A stretch of DNA of 64,000 bases from the human T2T-CHM13v2.0 reference genome, Homo sapiens. Where the stretch lies: assembly GCF_009914755.1 (NCBI RefSeq), contig NC_060925.1; one strand, given 5' to 3'. Under the pieces are notes generated by a model. That model was given only the letters and a program-made list of their open reading frames with translations. It was not told where the DNA came from and searched no databases. Shown in pieces: positions 13,430 to 26,626 of the stretch (its first letter is position 1; every line of letters begins with the position of its first letter). Made by a program: the position numbers and the translations under genes.

Positions 13430-16400
13430 ATGGAATCGTCATCGAATGAATTGAATGCAATCATCGAATGGTCTCGAATGGAATCATCTTCTAATGGAAA
13501 GGAATGGAATCATCGCATAGAATCGAATGGAATTATCATCGAATGGAATCGAATGGTATCAACACCAAACGGAAAAAAACGGAATTATCGAATGGAATCG
13601 AAGAGAATCTTCGAACGGACCCGAATGGAATCATCTAATGGAATGGAATGGAATAATCCATGGACTCGAATGCAATCATCATCGAATGGAATGGAATGGA
13701 ATCATCGAATGGACACGAATGGAATAATCATTGAACGGAATCGAATGGAATCATCATCGGATGGAAACGAATGGAATCATCATCGAATGGAAATGAAAGG
13801 AGTCATCATCTAATGGAATTGCATGGAATCATCATAAAATGGAATCGAATGGAATCAACATCAAATGGAATCAAATGGAATCATTGAACGGAATTGAATG
13901 GAATCGTCATCGAATGAATTGACTGCAATCATCGAATGTTCTCGAATGGAATCATCTTCAAATGGAATGGAATGGAATCATCGCATAGAATCGAATGGAA
14001 TTATCATCGAATGGAATCGAATGGAATCAACATCAAACGGAAAAAAACGGAATTATCGTATGGAATCGAAGAGAATCATCGAATGGACCCGAATGGAATC
14101 ATCTAATGGAATGGAATGGAATAATCCATGGACTCGAATGCAATCATCATCGAATGGAATCGAATGGAATCATCGAATGGACTCAAATGGAATAATCATT
14201 GAACGGAATCGAATGGAATCATCATCGGATGGAAATGAATGGAATCATCATCGAATGGAATCGAATAGAATTATGGAATGAAATCCAGTGTGATCATCAT
14301 CGAATGGACCCGAATGGAATCATCATCCAACGGAAGCTAATGGAATCAACATCGAATGAATCGAATGGAAACACCATCGAATTGAAACGAATGGAATTAT
14401 CATGAAATTGAAATGGATGGACTCATCATCGAATGGATTCGAATGGAATCATCGAATAAAATTGATTGAAATCATCATCGAATGGAATCGAATGGTATCA
14501 TTGAATGGAATCGAATGGAATCATCATCAGATGGAAATGAATGGAATCGTCATAGAATGGAATCGAATGGATTCATTGAATGGAATCAGATGGAATCATC
14601 GAATGGACTGGAATGGAATCATTGAATGGACTCGAAAGGGATCATGATTGAATGGAATTGAATGGAATCATCGAATGGTCTCGATTGGAATCATTATCAA
14701 ATGGAATCGAATGGAATCACCGAATAGAATCGAATGGAACAATCATCGAATGGACTCAAATGGAATTATCCTCAAATGGAATCGAATGGAATTATCGAAT
14801 GCAATCGAATGGAATTATCGAATGCAATCGAATAGAATCATCGAAAGGACTCGAATGGAATCATCGAATGGAATGGAATGGAACAGTCAATGAACTCGAA
14901 TGGAATCATCATTGAATGGAATCGAATGGAATCATCGAGTGGAATCGAATGGAATTATGATCAAATGGAATCGAATGTAATCATCATCAAATGGAATCAA
15001 AAATAACCATCATCAATTGGTATTGAATGGAATTGTCATCAAATGGAATTCAAAGGAATCATCATCAAATGGAACCGAATGGAATCCTCATTGAATGGAA
15101 ATGAAAGGGGTCATCATCTAATGGAATCGCATGGAATCATCATCAAATGGAATCGAATGGAATCATCATCAAATGGAATCTAATGGAATCATTGAACAGA
15201 ATTGAATGGAATCGTCATCGAATGAATTGAATGCAATCATCGAATGGTCTCGAATGGAATCATCTTCTAATGGAAAGGAATGGAATCATCGCATAGAATC
15301 GAATGGAATTATCATCGAATGGAATCGAATGGTATCAACACCAAACGGAAAAAAACGGAATTATCGAATGGAATCGAAGAGAATCTTCGAACGGACCCGA
15401 ATGGAATCATCTAATGGAATGGAATGGAATAATCCATGGACTCGAATGCAATCATCATCGAATGGAATCGAATGGAATCATCGAATGGACTCGAATGGAA
15501 TAATCATTGAACGGAATCGAATGGAATCATCATCGGATGGAAACGAATGGAATCATCATCGAATGGAAATGAAAGGAGTCATCATCTAATGGAATTGCAT
15601 GGAATCATCATAAAATGGAATCGAATGGAATCAACATCAAATGGAATCAAATGGAATCATTGAACGGAATTGAATGGAATCGTCATCGAATGAATTGACT
15701 GCAATCATCGAATGGTCTCGAATGGAATCATCTTCAAATGGAATGGAATGGAATCATCGCATAGAATCGAATGGAATTATCATCGAATGGAATCGAATGG
15801 AATCAACATCAAACGGAAAAAAACGGAATTATCGAATGGAATCGAAGAGAATCATCGAATGGACCCGAATGGAATCATCTAATGGAATGGAATGGAATAA
15901 TCCATGGACTCGAATGCAATCATCATCGAATGGAATCGAATGGAATCATCGAATGGACTCGAATGGAATAATCATTGAACGGAATCGAATGGAATCATCA
16001 TCGGATGGAAATGAATGGAATCATCATCGAATGGAATCGAATAGAATTATGGAATGAAATCCAGTGTGATCATCATCGAATGGACCCGAATGGAATCATC
16101 ATCCAACGGAAGCTAATGGAATCAACATCGAATGAATCGAATGGAAACACCATCGAATTGAAACGAATGGAATTATCATGAAATTGAAATGGATGGACTC
16201 ATCATCGAATGGATTCGAATGGAATCATCGAATAAAATTGATTGAAATCATCATCGAATGGAATCGAATGGTATCATTGAATGGAATCGAATGGAATCAT
16301 CATCAGATGGAAATGAATGGAATCGTCATAGAATGGAATCGAATGGATTCATTGAATGGAATCAGATGGAATCATCGAATGGACTGGAATGGAATCATTG

Positions 16401-16981
16401 AATGGACTCGAAAGGGATCATGATTGAATGGAATTGAATGGAATCATCGAATGGTCTCGATTGGAATCATTATCAAATGGAATCGAATGGAATCACCGAA
16501 TAGAATCGAATGGAACAATCATCGAATGGACTCAAATGGAATTATCCTCCAATGGAATCGAATGGAATTATCGAATGCAATCGAATGGAATTATCGAATG
16601 CAATCGAATAGAATCATCGAAAGGACTCGAATGGAATCATCGAATGGAATGGAATGGAACAGTCAATGAACTCGAATGGAATCATCATTGAATGGAATCG
16701 AATGGAATCATCGAGTGGAATCGAATGGAATTATGATCAAATGGAATCGAATGTAATCATCATCAAATGGAATCAAAAATAACCATCATCAATTGGTATT
16801 GAATGGAATTGTCATCAAATGGAATTCAAAGGAATCATCATCAAATGGAACCGAATGGAATCCTCATTGAATGGAAATGAAAGGGGTCATCATCTAATGG
16901 AATCGCATGGAATCATCATCAAATGGAATCGAATGGAATCATCATCAAATGGAATCTAATGGAATCATTGAACAGAATTGA

Positions 16982-18266
16982 ATGGAATCGTCATCGAATG
17001 AATTGAATGCAATCATCGAATGGTCTCGAATGGAATCATCTTCTAATGGAAAGGAATGGAATCATCGCATAGAATCGAATGGAATTATCATCGAATGGAA
17101 TCGAATGGTATCAACACCAAACGGAAAAAAACGGAATTATCGAATGAAATCGAAGAGAATCTTCGAACGGACCCGAATGGAATCATCTAATGGAATGGAA
17201 TGGAATAATCCATGGACTCGAATGCAATCATCATTGAATGGAATCGAATGGAATCATCGAATGGACTCGAATGGAATAATCATTGAACGGAATCGAATGG
17301 AATCATCATCGGATGGAAATGAATGGAATCATCATCGAATGGAATCGAATAGAATTATGGAATGAAATCCAGTGTGATCATCATCGAATGGACCCGAATG
17401 GAATCATCATCCAACGGAAGCTAATGGAATCAACATCGAATGAATCGAATGGAAACACCATCGAATTGAAACGAATGGAATTATCATGAAATTGAAATGG
17501 ATGGACTCATCATCGAATGGATTCGAATGGAATCATCGAATAAAATTGATTGAAATCATCATCCAATGGAATCGAATGGTATCATTGAATGGAATCGAAT
17601 GGAATCATCATCAGATGGAAATGAATGGAATCGTCATAGAATGGAATCGAATGGATTCATTGAATGGAATCAGATGGAATCATCGAATGGACTGGAATGG
17701 AATCATTGAATGGACTCGAAAGGGATCATTATTGAATGGAATTGAATGGAATCATCGAATGGTCTCGATTGGAATCATTACCAAATGGAATCGAATGGAA
17801 TCACCGAATAGAATCGAATGGAACAATCATCGAATGGACTCAAATGGAATTATCCTCAAATGGAATCGAATGGAATTATCGAATGCAATCGAATAGAATC
17901 ATCGAATGGACTCGAATGGAATCATCGAATGGAATGGAATGGAACAGTCAATGAACTCGAATGGAATCATCATTGAATGGAATCGAATGGAATCATCGAG
18001 TGGAATCGAATGGAATTATGATCAAATGGAATCGAATGTAATCATCATCTAATGGAATCAAAAATAACCATCATCAATTGGTATTGAATGGAATTGTCAT
18101 CAAATGGAATTCAAAGGAATCATCATCAAATGGAACCGAATGGAATCCTCATTGAATGGAAATGAAAGGGGTCATCATCTAATGGAATCGCATGGAATCA
18201 TCATCAAATGGAATCGAATGGAATCATCATCAAATGGAATCTAATGGAATCATTGAACAGAATTGA
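16982..18266 (+). repeat. Second copy of the 1285-bp short unit
   Basis: Same fusion, same 23-bp deletion near 17880, same private variants (GAATGAAATCG, TCATCATTGA, TTACCAAA, CATCTAATGGAATCAAAA). Confidence 0.9.
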
Positions 18267-21200
18267 ATGGAATCGTCATCGAATGAATTGAATGCAATCA
18301 TCGAATGGTCTCGAATGGAATCATCTTCTAATGGAAAGGAATGGAATCATCGCATAGAATCGAATGGAATTATCATCGAATGGAATCGAATGGTATCAAC
18401 ACCAAACGGAAAAAAACGGAATTATCGAATGGAATCGAAGAGAATCTTCGAACGGACCCGAATGGAATCATCTAATGGAATGGAATGGAATAATCCATGG
18501 ACTCGAATGCAATCATCATCGAATGGAATGGAATGGAATCATCGAATGGACACGAATGGAATAATCATTGAACGGAATCGAATGGAATCATCATCGGATG
18601 GAAACGAATGGAATCATCATCGAATGGAAATGAAAGGAGTCATCATCTAATGGAATTGCATGGAATCATCATAAAATGGAATCGAATGGAATCAACATCA
18701 AATGGAATCAAATGGAATCATTGAACGGAATTGAATGGAATCGTCATCGAATGAATTGACTGCAATCATCGAATGTTCTCGAATGGAATCATCTTCAAAT
18801 GGAATGGAATGGAATCATCGCATAGAATCGAATGGAATTATCATCGAATGGAATCGAATGGAATCAACATCAAACGGAAAAAAACGGAATTATCGTATGG
18901 AATCGAAGAGAATCATCGAATGGACCCGAATGGAATCATCTAATGGAATGGAATGGAATAATCCATGGACTCGAATGCAATCATCATCGAATGGAATCGA
19001 ATGGAATCATCGAATGGACTCAAATGGAATAATCATTGAACGGAATCGAATGGAATCATCATCGGATGGAAATGAATGGAATCATCATCGAATGGAATCG
19101 AATAGAATTATGGAATGAAATCCAGTGTGATCATCATCGAATGGACCCGAATGGAATCATCATCCAACGGAAGCTAATGGAATCAACATCGAATGAATCG
19201 AATGGAAACACCATCGAATTGAAACGAATGGAATTATCATGAAATTGAAATGGATGGACTCATCATCGAATGGATTCGAATGGAATCATCGAATAAAATT
19301 GATTGAAATCATCATCGAATGGAATCGAATGGTATCATTGAATGGAATCGAATGGAATCATCATCAGATGGAAATGAATGGAATCGTCATAGAATGGAAT
19401 CGAATGGATTCATTGAATGGAATCAGATGGAATCATCGAATGGACTGGAATGGAATCATTGAATGGACTCGAAAGGGATCATGATTGAATGGAATTGAAT
19501 GGAATCATCGAATGGTCTCGATTGGAATCATTATCAAATGGAATCGAATGGAATCACCGAATAGAATCGAATGGAACAATCATCGAATGGACTCAAATGG
19601 AATTATCCTCAAATGGAATCGAATGGAATTATCGAATGCAATCGAATGGAATTATCGAATGCAATCGAATAGAATCATCGAAAGGACTCGAATGGAATCA
19701 TCGAATGGAATGGAATGGAACAGTCAATGAACTCGAATGGAATCATCATTGAATGGAATCGAATGGAATCATCGAGTGGAATCGAATGGAATTATGATCA
19801 AATGGAATCGAATGTAATCATCATCAAATGGAATCAAAAATAACCATCATCAATTGGTATTGAATGGAATTGTCATCAAATGGAATTCAAAGGAATCATC
19901 ATCAAATGGAACCGAATGGAATCCTCATTGAATGGAAATGAAAGGGGTCATCATCTAATGGAATCGCATGGAATCATCATCAAATGGAATCGAATGGAAT
20001 CATCATCAAATGGAATCTAATGGAATCATTGAACAGAATTGAATGGAATCGTCATCGAATGAATTGAATGCAATCATCGAATGGTCTCGAATGGAATCAT
20101 CTTCTAATGGAAAGGAATGGAATCATCGCATAGAATCGAATGGAATTATCATCGAATGGAATCGAATGGTATCAACACCAAACGGAAAAAAACGGAATTA
20201 TCGAATGGAATCGAAGAGAATCTTCGAACGGACCCGAATGGAATCATCTAATGGAATGGAATGGAATAATCCATGGACTCGAATGCAATCATCATCGAAT
20301 GGAATGGAATGGAATCATCGAATGGACACGAATGGAATAATCATTGAACGGAATCGAATAGAATCATCATCGGATGGAAACGAATGGAATCATCATCGAA
20401 TGGAAATGAAAGGAGTCATCATCTAATGGAATTGCATGGAATCATCATAAAATGGAATCGAATGGAATCAACATCAAATGGAATCAAATGGAATCATTGA
20501 ACGGAATTGAATGGAATCGTCATCGAATGAATTGACTGCAATCATCGAATGTTCTCGAATGGAATCATCTTCAAATGGAATGGAATGGAATCATCGCATA
20601 GAATCGAATGGAATTATCATCGAATGGAATCGAATGGAATCAACATCAAACGGAAAAAAACGGAATTATCGTATGGAATCGAAGAGAATCATCGAATGGA
20701 CCCGAATGGAATCATCTAATGGAATGGAATGGAATAATCCATGGACTCGAATGCAATCATCATCGAATGGAATCGAATGGAATCATCGAATGGACTCAAA
20801 TGGAATAATCATTGAACGGAATCGAATGGAATCATCATCGGATGGAAATGAATGGAATCATCATCGAATGGAATCGAATAGAATTATGGAATGAAATCCA
20901 GTGTGATCATCATCGAATGGACCCGAATGGAATCATCATCCAACGGAAGCTAATGGAATCAACATCGAATGAATCGAATGGAAACACCATCGAATTGAAA
21001 CGAATGGAATTATCATGAAATTGAAATGGATGGACTCATCATCGAATGGATTCGAATGGAATCATCGAATAAAATTGATTGAAATCATCATCGAATGGAA
21101 TCGAATGGTATCATTGAATGGAATCGAATGGAATCATCATCAGATGGAAATGAATGGAATCGTCATAGAATGGAATCGAATGGATTCATTGAATGGAATC

Positions 21201-21818
21201 AGATGGAATCATCGAATGGACTGGAATGGAATCATTGAATGGACTCGAAAGGGATCATGATTGAATGGAATTGAATGGAATCATCGAATGGTCTCGATTG
21301 GAATCATTATCAAATGGAATCGAATGGAATCACCGAATAGAATCGAATGGAACAATCATCGAATGGACTCAAATGGAATTATCCTCAAATGGAATCGAAT
21401 GGAATTATCGAATGCAATCGAATGGAATTATCGAATGCAATCGAATAGAATCATCGAAAGGACTCGAATGGAATCATCGAATGGAATGGAATGGAACAGT
21501 CAATGAACTCGAATGGAATCATCATTGAATGGAATCGAATGGAATCATCGAGTGGAATCGAATGGAATTATGATCAAATGGAATCGAATGTAATCATCAT
21601 CAAATGGAATCAAATATAACCATCATCAATTGGTATTGAATGGAATTGTCATCAAATGGAATTCAAAGGAATCATCATCAAATGGAACCGAATGGAATCC
21701 TCATTGAATGGAAATGAAAGGGGTCATCATCTAATGGAATCGCATGGAATCATCATCAAATGGAATCGAATGGAATCATCATCAAATGGAATCTAATGGA
21801 ATCATTGAACAGAATTGA

Positions 21819-23126
21819 ATGGAATCGTCATCGAATGAATTGAATGCAATCATCGAATGGTCTCGAATGGAATCATCTTCTAATGGAAAGGAATGGAATC
21901 ATCGCATAGAATCGAATGGAATTATCATCGAATGGAATCGAATGGTATCAACACCAAACGGAAAAAAACGGAATTATCGAATGGAATCGAAGAGAATCTT
22001 CGAACGGACCCGAATGGAATCATCTAATGGAATGGAATGGAATAATCCATGGACTCGAATGCAATCATCATCGAATGGAATCGAATGGAATCATCGAATG
22101 GACTCGAATGGAATAATCATTGAACGGAATCGAATGGAATCATCATCGGATGGAAATGAATGGAATCATCATCGAATGGAATCGAATAGAATTAAGGAAT
22201 GAAATCCAGTGTGATCATCATCGAATGGACCCGAATGGAATCATCATCCAACGGAAGCTAATGGAATCAACATCGAATGAATCGAATGGAAACACCATCG
22301 AATTGAAACGAATGGAATTATCATGAAATTGAAATGGATGGATTCATCATCGAATGGATTCGAATGGAATCATCGAATAAAATTGATTGAAATCATCATC
22401 CAATGGAATCGAATGGTATCATTGAATGGAATCGAATGGAATCATCATCAGATGGAAATGAATGGAATCGTCATAGAATGTAATCGAATGGATTCATTGA
22501 ATGGAATCAGATGGAATCATCGAATGGACTGGAATGGAATCATTGAATGGACTCGAAAGGGATCATTATTGAATGGAATTGAATGGAATCATCGAATGGT
22601 CTCGATTGGAATCATTACCAAATGGAATCGAATGGAATCACCGAATAGAATCGAATGGAACAATCATCGAATGGACTCAAATGGAATTATCCTCAAATGG
22701 AATCGAATGGAATTATCGAATGCAATCGAATGGAATTATCGAATGCAATCGAATAGAATCATCGAATGGACTCGAATGGAATCATCGAATGGAATGGAAT
22801 GGAACAGTCAATGAACTCGAATGGAATCATCATTGAATGGAATCGAATGGAATCATCGAGTGGAATCGAATGGAATTATGATCAAATGGAATCGAATGTA
22901 ATCATCATCAAATGGAATCAAAAATAACCATCATGAATTGGTATTGAATGGAATTGTCATCAAATGGAATTCAAAGGAATCATCATCAAATGGAACCGAA
23001 TGGAATCCTCATTGAATGGAAATGAAAGGGGTCATCATCTAATGGAATCGCATGGAATCATCATCAAATGGAATCGAATGGAATCATCATCAAATGGAAT
23101 CTAATGGAATCATTGAACAGAATTGA
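21819..23126 (+). repeat. Short 1308-bp unit (A/B fusion, -468 bp only)
   Basis: 23127-21819=1308. A head with B tail, both 23-bp monomers retained. Confidence 0.9.
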
Positions 23127-26100
23127 ATGGAATCGTCATCGAATGAATTGAATGCAATCATCGAATGGTCTCGAATGGAATCATCTTCTAATGGAAAGGA
23201 ATGGAATCATCGCATAGAATCGAATGGAATTATCATCGAATGGAATCGAATGGTATCAACACCAAACGGAAAAAAACGGAATTATCGAATGGAATCGAAG
23301 AGAAACTTCGAACGGACCCGAATGGAATCATCTAATGGAATGGAATGGAATAATCCATGGACTCGAATGCAATCATCATCGAATGGAATGGAATGGAATC
23401 ATCGAATGGACTCGAATGGAATAATCATTGAACGGAATCGAATGGAATCATCATCGGATGGAAACGAATGGAATCATCATCGAATGGAAATGAAAGGAGT
23501 CATCATCTAATGGAATTGCATGGAATCATCATAAAATGGAATCGAATGGAATCAACATCAAATGGAATCAAATGGAATCATTGAACGGAATTGAATGGAA
23601 TCGTCATCGAATGAATTGACTGCAATCATCGAATGGTCTCGAATGGAATCATCTTCAAATGGAATGGAATGGAATCATCGCATAGAATCGAATGGAATTA
23701 TCATCGAATGGAATCGAATGGAATCAACATCAAACGGAAAAAAACGGAATTATCAAATGGAATCGAAGAAAATCATCGAATGGACCCGAATGGAATCATC
23801 TAATGGAATGGAATGGAATAATCCATGGACTCGAATGCAATCATCATCGAATGGAATCGAATGGAATCATCGAATGGACTCGAATGGAATAATCATTGAA
23901 CGGAATCGAATGGAATCATCATCGGATGGAAATGAATGGAATCATCATCGAATGGAATCGAATAGAATTATGGAATGAAATCCAGTGTGATCATCATCGA
24001 ATGGACCCGAATGGAATCATCATCCAACGGAAGCTAATGGAATCAACATCGAATGAATCGAATGGAAACACCATCGAATTGAAACGAATGGAATTATCAT
24101 GAAATTGAAATGGATGGACTCATCATCGAATGGATTCGAATGGAATCATCGAATAAAATTGATTGAAATCATCATCCAATGGAATCGAATGGTATCATTG
24201 AATGGAATCGAATGGAATCATCATCAGATGGAAATGAATGGAATCGTCATAGAATGGAATCGAATGGATTCATTGAATGGAATCAGATGGAATCATCGAA
24301 TGGACTGGAATGGAATCATTGAATGGACTCGAAAGGGATCATGATTGAATGGAATTGAATGGAATCATCGAATGGTCTCGATTGGAATCATTATCAAATG
24401 GAATCGAATGGAATCACCGAATAGAATCGAATGGAACAATCATCGAATGGACTCAAATGGAATTATCCTCCAATGGAATCGAATGGAATTATCGAATGCA
24501 ATCGAATGGAATTATCGAATGCAATCGAATAGAATCATCGAATGGACTCGAATGGAATCATCGAATGGAATGGAATGGAACAGTCAATGAACTCGAATGG
24601 AATCATCATTGAATGGAATCGAATGGAATCATCGAGTGGAATCGAATGGAATTATGATCAAATGGAATCGAATGTAATCCTCATCAAATGGAATCAAAAA
24701 TAACCATCATCAATTGGTATTGAATGGAATTGTCATCAAATGGAATTCAAAGGAATCATCATCAAATGGAACCGAATGGAATCCTCATTGAATGGAAATG
24801 AAAGGGGTCATCATCTAATGGAATCGCATGGAATCATCATCAAGTGGAATCTAATGGAATCATTGAACAGAATTGAATGGAATCGTCATCGAATGAATTG
24901 AATGCAATCATCGAATGGTCTCGAATGGAATCATCTTCTAATGGAAAGGAATGGAATCATCGCATAGAATCGAATGGAATTATCATCGAATGGAATCGAA
25001 TGGTATCAACACCAAACGGAAAAAAACGGAATTATCAAATGGAATCGAAGAGAATCTTCGAACGGACCCGAATGGAATCATCTAATGGAATGGAATGGAA
25101 TAATCCATGGACTCGAATGCAATCATCATCGAATGGAATCGAATGGAGTCATCGAATGGACTCGAATGGAATAATCATTGAACGGAATCGAATGGAATCA
25201 TCATCGGATGGAAACGAATGGAATCATCATCGAATGGAAATGAAAGGAGTCATCATCTAATGGAATTGCATGGAATCATCATAAAATGGAATCGAATGGA
25301 ATCAACATCAAATGGAATCAAATGGAATCATTGAACGGAATTGAATGGAATCGTCATCGAATGAATTGACTGCAATCATCGAATGGTCTCGAATGGAATC
25401 ATCTTCAAATGGAATGGAATGGAATCATCGCATAGAATCGAATGGAATTATCATCGAATGGAATCGAATGGAATCAACATCAAACGGAAAAAAACGGAAT
25501 TATCGAATGGAATCGAAGAGAATCATCGAATGGACCCGAATGGAATCATCTAATGGAATGGAATGGAATAATCCATGGACTCGAATGCAATCATCATCGA
25601 ATGGAATCGAATGGAATCATCGAATGGACTCGAATGGAATAATCATTGAACGGAATCGAATGGAATCATCATCAGATGGAAATGAATGGAATCATCATCG
25701 AATGGAATCGAATAGAATTATGGAATGAAATCCAGTGTGATCATCATCGAATGGACCCGAATGGAATCATCATCCAACGGAAGCTAATGGAATCAACATC
25801 GAATGAATCGAATGGAAACACCATCGAATTGAAACGAATGGAATTATCATGAAATTGAAATGGATGGACTCATCATCGAATGGATTCGAATGGAATCATC
25901 GAATAAAATTGATTGAAATCATCATCGAATGGAATCGAATGGTATCATTGAATGGAATCGAATGGAATCATCATCAGATGGAAATGAATGGAATCGTCAT
26001 AGAATGGAATCGAATGGATTCATTGAATGGAATCAGATGGAATCATCGAATGGACTGGAATGGAATCATTGAATGGACTCGAAAGGGATCATGATTGAAT

Positions 26101-26626
26101 GGAATTGAATGGAATCATCGAATGGTCTCGATTGGAATCATTATCAAATGGAATCGAATGGAATCACCGAATAGAATCGAATGGAACAATCATCGAATGG
26201 ACTCAAATGGAATTATCCTCCAATGGAATCGAATGGAATTATCGAATGCAATCGAATGGAATTATCGAATGCAATCGAATAGAATCATCGAATGGATTCG
26301 AATGGAATCATCGAATGGAATGGAATGGAACAGTCAATGAACTCGAATGGAATCATCATTGAATGGAATCGAATGGAATCATCGAGTGGAATCGAATGGA
26401 ATTATGATCAAATGGAATCGAATGTAATCCTCATCAAATGGAATCAAAAATAACCATCATCAATTGGTATTGAATGGAATTGTCATCAAATGGAATTCAA
26501 AGGAATCATCATCAAATGGAACCGAATGGAATCCTCATTGAATGGAAATGAAAGGGGTCATCATCTAATGGAATCGCATGGAATCATCATCAAATGGAAT
26601 CTAATGGAATCATTGAACAGAATTGA
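23127..26626 (+). repeat. Two consecutive 1750-bp units, each lacking one 26-bp monomer
   Basis: Starts at 23127, 24877 and 26627. One ATCATCATCAAATGGAATCGAATGGA monomer is missing near 24840 and near 26590. Confidence 0.9.

Larger units (their letters stand above)
10147..20305 (+). repeat. Tandem duplication with a 4837-bp period (1776+1285+1776)
   Basis: Matching ORFs and private variants at 10369/15206, 12145/16982, 13430/18267 and 13898/18735. First mismatches seen near 10146 vs 14983 and 15469 vs 20306. Confidence 0.88.
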
